From: Amphiscolops sp. MND2022
Lineage: Eukaryota
DNA: 64,000 bases
Reading direction: 5' to 3'
NCBI GenBank assembly: GCA_964187785.1
Contig: OZ076413.1
Span: 24,800,001 to 24,864,000, forward strand
A program made the translations under genes and the position numbers. Shown in pieces: positions 11,269-24,260 of the stretch (its first letter is position 1; every line of letters begins with the position of its first letter). The notes beneath the pieces were generated by a model. That model saw nothing but the letters and a program-made list of their open reading frames with translations. It ran no database searches and was not told the DNA's origin.

Positions 11269-14200
11269 CTAAATTTTTGATAGTGACATGAAAAGGCAAT
11301 ACTCTTTTCTTGGTTGATGAATCAAGTTATAATGAGTTTTAACATTTCTATCATTTGGAGTGTTAGGAAGGATAGGTTGGTTTTGAGATGGGAGTCGGGA
11401 TTTGTCAAAAGATGAATTAGTTTGAAGGGTTCTAATTTTCTGTTTGATAGAGCAGTTGTCATTTTCTGTGATGGGTGGGTTGTCATTTGAGGAAGGATCA
11501 AGAAAGGTGTAATTCGACTTTGTACGAGGTATCAAAGTGTTTGATTTTTGAGATGAAGAAACATCATTTTGCGATGATTGTTCCTCAGGAAAGGAGGAAA
11601 GTATTCATCTGAATTGAAAAGAGATGAGTCGCTGTTTGCATACTTAATTGGTTTTCGAACATCATTTTGAATTGAGTCTGAGAAATGCATGAAATTGCGA
11701 ATATTAGGGTACAAAGGTGGTTCCGTTGGGTGAAAGGTTATCAAGTGAGTTCTATGTATATGAAACATGGAGCCATCTTGTGAAAAGAGTTCATAGGTGG
11801 AATCAGATAGTCTATCAAGAATTTTATATAGTACAATCCGAAGCAGTTTACGTTTGTCAGAAAAATGATCATGAGAGAAAGTGCGTTTGAGAACGAAAGT
11901 TCCAAGAGGAAGAAGTTTACCTTCATAAGTTTTTTTAATGCATGCTTGAGAGTGATTTGATTTGATTTTTCGATAGTGTACTCATACACAGTAGAAATAG
12001 TTTTTAACATGGCGGTTTCTACTGCAAGAAATCATTGTGAGACAGATTCGGAGAGTGTATTTTAAAAAAACGGGTTGAGATCAGTTTTGTTCTATTGTGA
12101 GTGTTCCGGGATTTGAGAAAAATGTTTAGAGATGCAAGTTTTTTTGTTGTATTCTGATTAAAATTTAAATCAAAAAGTGAGTGAAATTCGACGACGTGTG
12201 TGAAAAACAATTTCATGAGAAGAGACATTGAGTGCTGAAAGAGGTTGTGAAATGTGTTCATAAGTGTACAAATGAACTTGATTTGCCCAAACTTTAGTAG
12301 TGTTTTATGGAACATACGGAGATGAGTACCAAGGTTTTTGTTTTGAAATTCTACTAGACCATTTGTCCAAGGTGAATCGGATGATCTAGGAGAATGACGA
12401 AATCCCATAAGAGTACAAAGTTGAGTACATACCGGTGTTCAAGTATTCTGGTCCACGATCAGTGACAAGATATATCGAAAAGCCAATTTTTTAAACACAA
12501 TGATAGAAAAGAGTTTTGACAACAGTTTTAGCTTTGTTTGATTTAATTGGGACTGTGACAACAAAGTGACTAAACGCGGCACTATGACAAGAATTTGTGT
12601 TTTAAAGGAGGGTTAATAGAGGCACTTGTGTCATCTAGATTCTGGAATTAGAAGAAGGAGCGTGTACTGAAAAGGATTGTGTAGCTGCGGTTTGGATTTT
12701 CTTTTTGAAGTGTTCGTTGCGTTGACATTCAAGACAATCATGGATAAAATTGTAAAACCATTTTTTAAGAATAGGAATGTAATTATATTGCGTAAAGGTA
12801 AGATAAGTAATTTTTTTTGCCTGTATTAAAATATGCACGAAGTTTGTCAAAATGAGTTTTAAACATACGGAGAAGTTTACAAATTTTAAGAGTACTGTAT
12901 ATTGTCTTAGGAGATATTTTAGGGTGTGTTTCAGATGAGAATTTGTTCTTTGTTTAGAAACTAATAAGATTTGTGGAATCGTCTTTTAAAAGTTGTGAAA
13001 CGATTTTATATTATACGTTTAAAAATGGAGTTCGGGAGTTTCATGTTTTTCATTTTGTAACAGCCAGGAGGAGACAATTTTAACTATTGGGTTGTGGGAT
13101 TGTTGTTGTTGAATAATTTCAGAGTCTCATGAGTAATCATTTGGTTAAAAGAAACCTTGAAAGTAGGTCTCGTATTTGAAAAAAAGAAAGGTCACGGAAA
13201 AGTGTTTTTTGCGAACAATGTGTAGAAATTTTTGCAGGTATTTGAACATACAAAACAGAAGTAAACTTAATTGATGTTTCGTTCTCGAGGTTTTTGATTG
13301 AAGAAAAAATTTCATCATTAGTAGTTGTGTCTGAGTTGAAAGTAGGGTGTTCTGTAGGATTTCTTTTGTATGCATGTTCTTCATCATCACTTTTAATATC
13401 AGTGTCATTCAGCCAGAGTGATTGTTGATGAAGAGATTTGTTGTTCTTTTTTATGTCAGTATATAGAGATTTGGGTGTATGAAGAAGCTTGTTGTTCTTT
13501 TTTATGGGTGTTTGTAGGTAATATACAGGTTTCAAAGTATTGTTTTTTTACAGCGAAGTAATTTTGAGGTGGTAGTTCTTTGTGTTTGAGTTGATTGATT
13601 TGTAATTCAGCTTTTGTAAAGGAGCGACTAAGCATATCTGCGACAAAAAGAATTTCTCCAGTTGTAGGAATGATTTTGAGTTTGGAAAAATTTGGTAAGT
13701 GCATTTGAACACATTAAAATTGTGGACTTAGATTGCCTTTTTTGTAGAACAATGAAAAAGAGGTTTGTGGTCAGTGAAAATATGTACTGGATGTCGAGAT
13801 CCAATAATAAGAAAGTCATAATTTTTAGGACGTGTACAATACCTAAAAATTCACAGTCAAGTATAGAAAAAGTTTGTTTTTGAGGGTTAGGATTCCGAGA
13901 ATTGTAAGAAAAGACTTTCTTTTTATTTTCTTCATTTAGTTGGAAAAAATCAGCGCCCAAACCAATAAGTGAAGCGTCTATCGTAACAAAAAAATGGATG
14001 TTTTGTATTTGGAATTGTATATTTTGTCTCAGAAGTAAGACAATTTTAGTTGTTGATAACGATGTTCAAGATCGGTGGTCCAGTTCCGAGGAGAATTGTT
14101 GTGTAAAAGATCATGAAATGGTTTGAGATTTGCATGAAGTTTCTCAATAAATTTGGTATGAAAATGAGTGCGCTAATGGAACTCAATAAAGCAATTTTTC

Positions 14201-15400
14201 CAGTGCGAGAAGGAATGTCGTGAACAGCTGCAATCTTTGAGTGTATAGGTTCAGTTGTACCATAACCAAATTCATGTCCAAGAAATTCAACTTTAGGAAG
14301 CATAAAAAAGGATTTTTCAGGTGTGAGTTCGAGATTGTGTTTCGTGCCTTTTTTATGGAGTTGTTCAAAAAGTTGGAACATGTCTCTTTTGAATTGGAGG
14401 GAAGTAAAATATCGTCAATATATCCGAGAGCAAAACCTTGATCAATAAGGGTTTCAATGAAAAATGACATTTGTTTTGTAAAAAAGTCCTTTGAGTGGAA
14501 GACCTTTGAGACCAAAAAAGCCTCGAATGAAAGCGATCAAATTGACTCCAGATGGGAAACTTGCAACTTCGATTGTGTTTTGGTCAATAAGTGTATGCGT
14601 TTGTAATTGGAACATTGACATTACATTTTGTATGATTGTTGCACAAGTGTCTGGTTTGTCATCAGTAAAAACTCCAATGAAGTTGAATGTTGTACGAAAT
14701 TTAATTGAAAAATAGGTGTGTGGAATGGTAGGAAAAAACTGATTCTTCTGTTCAAATTTCAAATGACAATTATAGTAGTTTTAATTAGGAAGTGAACAAT
14801 TATGGAAGAGTTGGGGTTGAAACGTGTTTGTGTTTTAGAGTTAGTTCTTATTTGAACGAGAAGTTTGGGTAGTTTTTAGATATAAGTGATGTAAATTTAG
14901 TTTAGTTTGGGCGTAATTTTGATTGCTGTATAAAGTGTAAGGTAATTTCTTGATCGTTAATGTCTGTATATATTCTTGGGAAAATGATGTACCAAGAATT
15001 TTGTACTTAAAATCAGCTACTGCAATGTGGATTATTAATTGTCTGGTCCTCTGTAGTTGTGTTTATGTGAGAAAAACATAGAGTAAAAAAGGATATTCTG
15101 TTTGAATTGCTACAGTTAAACTTTTTGAAAAGTTGATTGAAGCATTTCGTGTTATATTAGGAAGTTTTGCAATAGAAATGTAAGGAGTATACTTTACTAC
15201 AGAAATGGTAGCGCCACTCTAAAAGAAGTGTAATTCCTAGTCGTGAAGGGAAATTACGTTAAATTTGGTTCAGTGAGGTATGAGAATATAACGAGAAGAA
15301 CCAACTTGTTGGTGTTAAAGCTTTCGCTATTTCAGTTGTGTGGTACATATGTACATCAAATTTGATATGGTCATTGGGTGTTTTTGGTTGAATGGCATTA
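11269..15400 (-). pseudogene. pol: pol of element 1 (protease, RT with internal deletion, RNase H, integrase)
   Basis: Protease LLESGATISV (~15200-15240); RT FIRGFFGLKGLP and ALGYIDDILL; RNase H VFSYNSRNPN...EFLGIVH and FVADMLSRSF; integrase CLECQ and GFRHSPRSSDSPWTNGLVEFQNKNLGTHLR. The N-terminal part of RT is missing at ~14590 relative to element 2. Confidence 0.93.
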
Positions 15401-17560
15401 CGTATGTTTCTTGTATTTGATGGTGAACGACATATGGAATGTTTAGATTCTCTTGGTCTTGAAGGTGGTCTGAATGTGGAAGTATATTTTGGGTAGATGT
15501 TGTCTCTAGAACAAGAAAGATGTCTATATCTTTGACGAGAGTCACGTCTATAGGGTATTCGATACGAGGCTCTGTATGGAAAACGATAAGGTCTATAATT
15601 TATTTTGTAGTTATCATACCTTGAACGAGTATTGCGTGGAGGAGTAGTAGTACTGTCATAGGCAAAGCGATCTCTAGATGTAGAGCACTATCTGTTTTCG
15701 TTTTGTTCTGTCTATAAAAAGAGAAGATATTCCGAGGAGATTTAGACTTCCGAAGTTTCGTCTCAACAGATTTTCGAGAATATTTAGACTTAGCGTAGCC
15801 TTCTCGTTTGTCTTCATAATCTCTTTGTTTCTGGAAACAAGCTGAGAAGGAATGGTTTGTTCTATGACACTAACAGCCATCTTTTTGATGCAGGTTTTGC
15901 GTTGTTATAAGGGCTTTGAGGTTATGTACACAAAAATAAGTCATTTTGTGAAGAATCGAGAGTTTTTATTTGAAATTGTGTTTTAACATGGTTTACTTCA
16001 AGAGTAAGATCATGTGTACGTATTTTGTCATTAGTCATCTTCATCGTCAACAAGTTTTACCAAAGTGTGAAAGAGAATAGAAGGCTCCGAAACAGTAGAA
16101 GTATACTCCCTTGACGTCTATTATCAAAGTCTTCAAGGTTTTTTGGAAGCGTTTTGTGGGAAATTCGTTACATTGCAAAGTTTTTTTGTTGATGCATTCT
16201 CATTACACCAGCCTTTTTCGACTAGTTGTTGAACTTCAAGGGCAAAATGGCGAACTGTTTTATTGTCCCTTCTGACAAGATTAAGGGCTTCAACTTGGGC
16301 ATTATAAGCGTTTTTCTGTGATGAATATTGTTCTCTAAATGCTTGTACAATAGCGGACCAATCTTCTTCATATGAATCATCGAAACGAATGTACCAAAAG
16401 AGAGCTGTACCAGTTGAGGAACATTGTATAAGAGCTATTCGTCTAGCGTGCCAAAATTAGTATTCATGATCAGTCGTAGGTTGTAAACCTAATGAACAAT
16501 TAACACCTGTTTAAATATTTTGTAAAGATTCTTAAGGTGTATAGTTCTGATCTAAACCATCAAAATGTTTAATAGTTTCAGAGATAGATGCAGATGAGTT
16601 AATACATGTTGGGTTTGATACTGTTGAAAAAAGTATTATAGATGGTGGTATCGTATTATATGTAGGCGTATTTGAAGGATTTTGAGGTATTTTTTGTACG
16701 TTTGTAAATTGTTGGGTGCATGGAATATTAATATGAGGTTTTGTTCCTATATTAGTTAAAGGAATGTTGGATAATTCAAATCGTGACTTTTGTACTGTAC
16801 GATGTGTAAAAGTAGGAAAATGATATGCTGAAAGAGAAATCATTTGTGCAATTATCTTTTGATTAATATGTGTTGTCCTTGATAGACTTAATGAAAGTGG
16901 ATTAGTAAGTTTAGTTGGTATAGGATGTATGGATAAGTTTCTAAAAATTGTCTAGTTAGATAATGTATTTGTTTAAAATGTGTTTACAGTTAAAACAGGT
17001 TGAACATTTTGTGTAGGAGAAGATTGAACAGGAGTATGTGATAATGTTTGAGGAATTGGTTGTCCTGTCGGAGTGATTGTTTTAAACTGAGATTCGGGTT
17101 GATTTTGTATCATCGTATTTGTGATAGTTGCATTTGAAGAACCTTGTTGAGGAGAATTATGTGGAGTAGTATGTGTAGAGTACTGTGGTGGAATACGAGG
17201 CAGTTCATTATTTCGAGGTGATGCTCGTCAAATTGGAAGTGGTTGTGTTAAATTGGTGTTCAATGTACATAAAGTATCATATCATCTCTTCTTGATCTTT
17301 TTTTTTTCATTTTCAGTTCTTTGTCTGACAGGAATATCTAATAAACTTGAACCTGTTGTGATTGTTAAAGCAGGTGGAATTTTAGTGGTTACATCTGAAG
17401 GGTCTGTTAGAAATTGTACTGTATTGGTATTCTGTTGTTGATCAGGTGTTATAGTTTCATGTTGTATTATTTGTTGTTCTTGGGGGCGTCTTCATATTGT
17501 TGTTCTTGCGATGCGTCTTCGTGTTCATTAGGCTTTCTTGGCAATATTTCTTGAGTATAA
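15400..17560 (-). pseudogene. gag: gag of element 1
   Basis: KHFDGLDQNYTP, FWHARRIA, AQVEALNL, knuckle ..CHRTNHSFSACF (~15840-15880), R/S/Y-rich tail. Boundaries approximate. Confidence 0.85.
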
Positions 17561-17599
17561 GAATTAAATGATGTTTAGGAAAAGATGTATATGATCTAC

Positions 17600-18736
17600 T
17601 ATCAGCTGTTTCAAATTGTTCTGTGATAAATAGATTATCTAAGGTTATTAGTTCGAAAAAGGGGAGAAAAAGTTGTAAGATTTTGTAATAAAGATGTTTA
17701 TTTTGGTTTTTTGGTTTTTATGTATAATTGATAGTTATGTCGGAGAAATTTCAGAAAAAATGTGAAAAAAGTGATTTGTGGAAATATATCTTGATTCAGT
17801 ATAATGTTCTGAAAAATTTGTGTTGAAGTTGTTCACTTTGTAGAATACCTTGTTGTAACCAAAATTGAGGGTTATCATGTCGTCGTACCTTTGTTTTAAG
17901 ATCTGGTACTTCAAAATAGTCATACTTTTTTTTGAGACTTTCTAAATGAGGAGAGCGATATGTAGGTGAGTTTTTATTGTGTTCTGGTAGTTTGCCCAAT
18001 GAGTAATGAGAACAATTTGAATAGAGAGAGTTATATATTGGGAATAAACTGTTTTATAAATTGGTCTTGTATATACACTTTGAACTTGATTGAAAAAGAT
18101 TGGGAAACGTGTTTGTGTTGCAGTTCTATCCAGTGTTTGTATCGAAAATAATTTAAATAGGAGTCTGAATGTTCTCCATGTAAGGGTGTAGTATGTATAG
18201 AGTGTGCTTCTGGTTCGTAGGATTTGTATATGGAAAGTTGATGTTATGTAAAAATGTATTACATGGTGTTAAGAAAACGTGTTTGTCTTTGTAGAGATGA
18301 TAGGATAAATGGTGTTGTAAGCATTGTTCTAGTTGAAGACGATTTTTTCTAAAATACGACTGATTAGTCAGAAAGATGGGTTTGCTATGTACTGGAAAAA
18401 AGATATTTTGTATAAAAGTGAGGATTGTATGGGAGAATTTGATCTTCGAAAACCTTTTGAAAAAATATTACAAGGGTTGTACACAGTATGAGTAGGACTT
18501 TATTAGATATATATGCAATAGGTATACTATATGCCGCGGAATCCATTATGAGGGAGTTTTAGATGGAAGAACTTGAGGAGTTTGGAAGTTACATATGGAA
18601 CAAAGTACAAAAGGAATTAGAGTAAAGGTATGAAGGGTACTGAAAATCTGTTGAAGAAAAGAGCAAGACCAGCAAGTAGTCCAGGGGATAACCAAAGGAA
18701 GGTAATGAATGGTACTAAATCATCAGCTGAAGACAT
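17600..18736 (-). pseudogene. ORF0: pre-gag region with N-terminal hydrophobic segment
   Basis: ATG at 18736 gives MSSADDLVPFITFLWLSPGLLAGLALFL. 17796..17999 gives YRSPHLESLKKKYDYFEVPDLKTKVRRHDNPQFW. Both match element 2 (32953 and ~33760-33880). Confidence 0.65.
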
Positions 18737-19156
18737 TCACAAAAGTTATGTTCCGTGTTATATGATTGACATGGTCTATAGTTGATGTATTAGAGAAGAG
18801 TGAAATTATTTAGATAGATAATTAGTTAGGTAGAAGTTTGAAGTTATATTGCCTTGAGAATAAATGTTGTATGGATATATCCTTAATACTGTTCTTGAAA
18901 GAAGTATACTAATTTGAATATTTTGTTAGAATGATGTAGGTTTTGGTTAGAAAACGTTTTCGTGGCAGATGTGTGCCAACGTTTTCAAAGTTGATTCTAG
19001 CGGCAAGAACCAAAGGTTTTTCACTAGCAGGAATCGCCGGATAGCACTATAGAAAACAAACACGTATCGCATGTCTGCGGTTGGAATGTGAAAAGAGGAA
19101 ACCTGCACGGAACAGTGAAAGAGTGGTTTGAAGGGAGAAGAATGAAACCAACACGT

Positions 19157-19608
19157 ATCACCATCTCTAGTGGTTGAACGGAGAAATTTACCAACACGAA
19201 TCACGATTGTTGTGGCTGGACAGAGAAGAAATTAAATGACAGGAATTACGATTGTAGACGTAGTCATAACTATACCAACGCGAATCAATTTTCAAAGACA
19301 TTGGCTGGAACGTTAAGTTAGTAGCGGTAGACGATGAGAACATGAGTTGAAATTGAATGACGAACAAGGAATTAGCGAAAGGAATCACCATCTCTAGTGG
19401 TTGAACGGAGAAATTTACCAACACGAATCACGATTGTTGTGGCTGGACAGAGAAGAAATTAAATGACAGGAATTACGATTGTAGACGTAATCAGAACTAT
19501 ACCAACGCGAATCAGTTTTCAAAGACATTGGCTGGAACGTTAAGTTAGTAGCGGTAGACGATGAAAACATGAGTTGAAATTGAATGACGAACAAGGAATT
19601 AGCGAAAG
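19157..19608. repeat. 227-bp tandem duplication in the 5' leader of element 1
   Basis: 19157-19383 is repeated at 19384-19608 with few substitutions (ORFs 19188..19424 and 19415..19720). Confidence 0.97.
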
Positions 19609-19672
19609 AAAAAGTTGAGAAATGCTGTGAAAGAGGAGTGAATTTGTGGTAGTAAAGGGAGAAAAAAATTTT

Positions 19673-19685
19673 CGTTGTCGCTCCA
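19673..19685 (-). promoter_or_regulatory. Primer-binding site candidate TGGAGCGACAACG
   Basis: TGG start overlaps the LTR end ...GCTCAATT. The equivalent site in element 2 is TGGAGGGACCACG. Confidence 0.6.
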
Positions 19686-20100
19686 ATTGAGCTGTTAGAG
19701 ACTTTTTGGATGTTAGACATTATTTTTTATCGAGAACATCAAACGTGTCTGAGTTTTTACAGAGTTCCGTTTTTCTAGATAGCTGCCTTTGATTCCTACT
19801 TTTCTGAAATCCCAGGAAGTTTCTTCTGCTAGCCTAACCAAGACAAGACTTTTCAGCATACCAAATCTGGTTTCTCTGATTATACGATTACAGTGAATAC
19901 ATCAGTGATTATTATGATTTAAAAAAAGTGAAGGTTTTAGAATTAAGTCTATATTGATGTTATCACCAAATGTCAGTATTAAATTAATGCTGTATTATAT
20001 TAATGCTATGTGCCAACCCTTATCATAAAGAGCCCCAATACAGAGGCGCACATTCTGATCACTTGTATCCGTATTCACGTGGTATGGAAAAATTTCAGAT
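19685..20100 (-). repeat. 5' LTR of element 1 (outer boundary not determined)
   Basis: Minus strand reads AGCTATCTAGA...AACATCCAAAAAGTCTCTAACAGCTCAATT, homologous to the element 2 LTR end. Confidence 0.7.
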
Positions 20101-22555
20101 TTCAAAAAAAACCTCGAGCCTCGAAATATTTTTGAAAAATTTAGGAACACTTGAGCCTCGGTCTGTAAGTAGACTTATTATTGAAAAACAGAGTGTACCT
20201 GAAATAGAACAATGTTTTATTTTCGTTATTGATTGAAACTTGTTTTTTTTTCAAAGCAAAACATGTTCCAGCTTTCTTTCAAACAGTAAACAATAGGTGG
20301 TGGAACTGTTTGTGGTTTTTTTTTCAATTTGAACTATTTCCGTTTTCATGCTTTTTGACTTTATGTTAACTGGGAAATCACACCCATTTTTTAAATTACT
20401 TTTTGAGTGGTGCTCTTAGTGATCAGACTCTTGAGATGGTATTATTTTCTTCATTCTCTTTTCAGCACACCAACAACGGAAAACTTTGAGTATCCATCAC
20501 TGTTCTTGTCCTGAAAAGGGTTTGATTTGCGCCAGCACTGGAAAACTCAAGCACCACTTGTCAAAAAACACTTGTTTGAGACATCCGCAAGAAATCCGAG
20601 ACCGAGGAATTGAGCCATCTGGCTTGCTTTCTCCACAGTCTAATGAGTTACATATCTTTACATGTTTAACTCAAACTAAGACAAGTTTTGCGTGAGAAAA
20701 ATGTAAGAATTGGAATAGAAAACAACAGTATAGAATCCACTTTTCTTGCTTTCTCTATTGAAAGAAATCTGATTCTGTCTCAGTTAGAAGTTATCTCGAA
20801 TACTTTTTTTCATTTGAAATATTTCAAGTTGAGAAAAAATGACAGATTAACTTGGACGGCGATGTTGCTCGGCGCTTTACTCAAGAGCCACAGTTTTGCA
20901 CCGAGACCAAATTCGTCGTGTTACAAATGAAGAATTTCTGATAATTGATATTTTTTAACCTTGATTTGACATGTTTCGGCTATTACTTTCCTGAGGTTTA
21001 GATTGAATGCATTTATAGTTGGAACATCGTCATGATTTTCTACCCGAAGCCAGCCGTTCCAAAAACCCTAACACGACCCGAACTTTTGAATTTTTCAAAT
21101 ACCCAACGAAACTGCCGGAAATGCATTTGAGACCCAAACGTAACTTGTTTTTGATAATCGTGTATAAGCATCATGGGAATTGAAAAATCCCTCTTTTTAC
21201 CACTGAAATCATTATTTCAACATCGAACAATTTTTGGCAGACCTATGGGCTCTACGAGCTGTGCACAAAACGCTAGTTTGACTAAAATTTTGTTCACTTT
21301 GAGCAAAAAAAAGGAACCAATTGAGGAATTTATATAGCCCAATTTAAGGTGTAAGTTTTCGGTTTGTTTTCCGAATTGTTATACCCGCCCCGAAAACACT
21401 AAAGCTCGGAAAAGCTCGACTATAGGCCCTCCCGGCAAAGCCCGGAAACATTCAATCAGGTGCTTGGTTCCAACTCTGGTTAGACGCCTTTTAATAGGAC
21501 CGCATTTGTGGAACGATTTTGTGGAGCCACAATTTTGTATTGATAGTTAAGTAACGGTGTATGAAGCAATCCCCACAGTGTGAGTCTCCCTCCCATCGTT
21601 TCTTCTGAAGCAATAGATTAGATTGTTACCAATTGTACATCAAAAAATAGAATAATTGAAAAAAAACCTTTTCCATGCAAACCTATTCTTCATCACCTTG
21701 CGTATATTTGCGTGAAACTTAGTACGTTTTACTGCGGGTACCACCTTTTATGTCCCACTGAATATGTGTCCCACCAAGCACCAGTAAGAGGGGGTTTATG
21801 TCCCACTTGATCTGGTTTGCTATAGCACCACACAAAAGCATTTTATATCCGTAAAGTTGCGGTACGCTTACAGACCTGGAAAGGCTTAGTAATTCAATTG
21901 ATCATCAGAACGAAAAACGTTATCTGTATTCATAAAATACCGAATATAGGTCTTAAGAGGTCTCCCTCAAAGAGGAAGTCCATGTCGTACTGAAAACTTT
22001 TGGTCCGCACGATATTTACCAATTGAAACGCGTGATTTTTCAAAACACTGATGAATTGAATACTTTGAAGAACCATACCAAAAAGAAAAAGTATTTAATG
22101 TCAAAAAAATCAACAAAAATCACAAAATCCAAACAAAAAGAAAATGTGCTAGATATATAGTTCAAAGTCATTACAATATATCAACGAAAACTGTTGCTTC
22201 AGAACGTCAGAGATACTCCATTGAAAGTAGTGTTTGTGAACAAATACTAACGAGACACTACGATTTGCTCCGGCATCGACAACCGACCAAATAAACAGGT
22301 CTGCAAGCTTGAACATCATCGGGAATTACAACTCCAGCTGCTCCTCTTCTCTCAAGAGAAACTGTAACTTCTCCCGTATCCCGTATCCGTATCTGAAGCT
22401 GCAACAACTTCCCTCGACACGAAACCCAATTTTAGCAACGAATCACAACAGTATATTCATCCTATAGGAAAAAATTTCGGTTAAATAGTTACTTTCGAGG
22501 TAGTAATTGCTTCGGGTGAATTGTTTCCTCCCGAATTAGAAACCCTTTCTATAAA

Positions 22556-22670
22556 AAGAAAGACTGCTACTTGAGAAGAGACTGCTCGCGAAGACGAAAC
22601 TCCTCCTGAAGAAAAGACTCCTTCCTGAGAAGAGACTGCTCCTGAAGAAGAGACTGCTCCTGAAGAAGAA
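22556..22670 (+). repeat. 18-bp minisatellite (GAAGAGACTGCTCCTGAA-like, ~5-6 copies; could encode EETAPE)
   Basis: Directly visible imperfect tandem repeat. Confidence 0.85.
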
Positions 22671-24260
22671 CAAAAAAATCGCGGGTATTGAATTGCCTTA
22701 TTTAGATTCCTTCAAATGGGGTTCACACGATCGTTCCAAAATTGGCTCGATAATAATTTTGGATTTCAATCTAGGGAAAGTACCAGTCAGCCAAAACTTT
22801 GTCACCAAACGCCAGGATTTCAAGAACCGAATGACAAGAAGACTATCGATTCTTGTAGTTTTGAGACAAGCTAGGGGCAAATTTTTTGGTCTTATTGTTC
22901 CAAGTGCGATGAATGGTACCTTTCGTAAAATAACTGAAGAAACACCTAGCAGCAGGCACGTAAATGTGTGTTTTTGAGCACATCAGGAAGTGGAGGAAAG
23001 CATGACCTTGTCAAGTATTTCGGAGCATCATTTCATTCCATGAACATCATCGACCTTGACATTGGTCCGCATCAGTGGACAATGAAACAGACAATTTCGA
23101 TTCAAAACTTGATAACAATATTCTCTGGGCCATACTAACACCTCACGAATGCACCCTTTATCCTGCTTATCAATTTGTAATTAACTAGGTGATTGTTAGC
23201 ATGAACTGTTAAAAGCTAAACATTTTTAATGTTAAGATATTTCAAAGTGAGGGTTTGATTTCTAGGAGTTACAAGTTACCTTCAAAGCGCTGAAAAGTCT
23301 ATAAAACGTTCCGATGTTTAAACTAAAAATTATTTCTTTCAACTTCGATGATTGTTGTGTTTTCAGCACCACTTTCTTCGGTAACCATCGGGATGACACA
23401 TGCTATCAGATAGTGCTACAAGAATGAGACATTATTCTCTTACCAAACAAGTGGAATCACTTCGTTCACATCCTGTTGATAGCATTGCTTACGGGTGTAA
23501 CTTCATTATGGAAAACCACTTCACCAGAGTGCTCTAGCCTCCAAGAAGGAGATATACGCAAGATTTGATGGACGTTTCTTCTTGCCAAACGTCCAAGGTG
23601 TGAATGTGATGCAGCTCTTTATGAATTGGAGCTTAAAAAAACCGCGCGAGTCCTCTTACGGAAGCCGCCATGGGTGACATGCCACAGATCATGAAAACTG
23701 ATGAGCGACAAGCTGGTGCAGATTTCCTGTTAGAAAATCTCTGGGAAGAGTTTTTGTTTTGCGATGCAGCATCCGTCAGCCACTTGTATTGGGATGAAAT
23801 TGAGAATTTGCTACGACGATGAGGAGCAAATTCTATCCATATGCTATCAGAAACCGTATTTTATAGTTTCAAATGATGAATATTAGGGGTTTTGAGATTT
23901 CACGAGAAAATTCGAAGCAAAAACTTTGAATCTACTCAAGGGTTCTTGCGGCTTGAACGCAATTTGTAATTTTGTCTTTGCTCAAATCATTTTGTCTTTA
24001 CCTCGAAGTTTCCGGAATATGTGCACAGTATACTCCTGGTCATTTGTAATTGAAACTTCTCTTCGGAATAGTTTTTAGTCCAATGTTTTGGATGATTACA
24101 AACGTAGATAGAGTTGAAAGGGGGCTAGCTGGGGTTGGGAACTATTTTTGTCGATTCGGAACAAAATACACTCGGTGATGACAATTTTTTAATTTCAACA
24201 GTTGATTAAAGACCAACTTGCCGAAACGCAAATTTTTCCAGGGCTCGAATATCAACGAAA

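Larger units (their letters stand above)
1..20100 (-). mobile_element. Element 1: giant degenerate env-bearing Ty3/Gypsy LTR retroelement; 3' end runs off the left edge, outer 5' LTR boundary uncertain
   Basis: On the minus strand, in order: LTR end and PBS (19673-19685), gag with CCHC knuckle, protease, RT, RNase H, integrase, env, accessory ORFs. Colinear with element 2. Many stops and frameshifts. Confidence 0.93.

Noticed and set aside
20365-20371. GTTAACT as the AGTTA start of the element 1 LTR
   Set aside because: No second LTR or TSD in the window to confirm it; the motif is too short.
20580-20660. Possible minus-strand tRNA-like B-box (GGCTCAATTCC)
   Set aside because: No convincing A-box or cloverleaf.
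22680-23880. Possible Ulp1-protease or PHD remnants upstream of the SET exon
   Set aside because: Only weak, frame-broken resemblances (CSKCDEWY, WDEIENLL); catalytic motifs cannot be placed.
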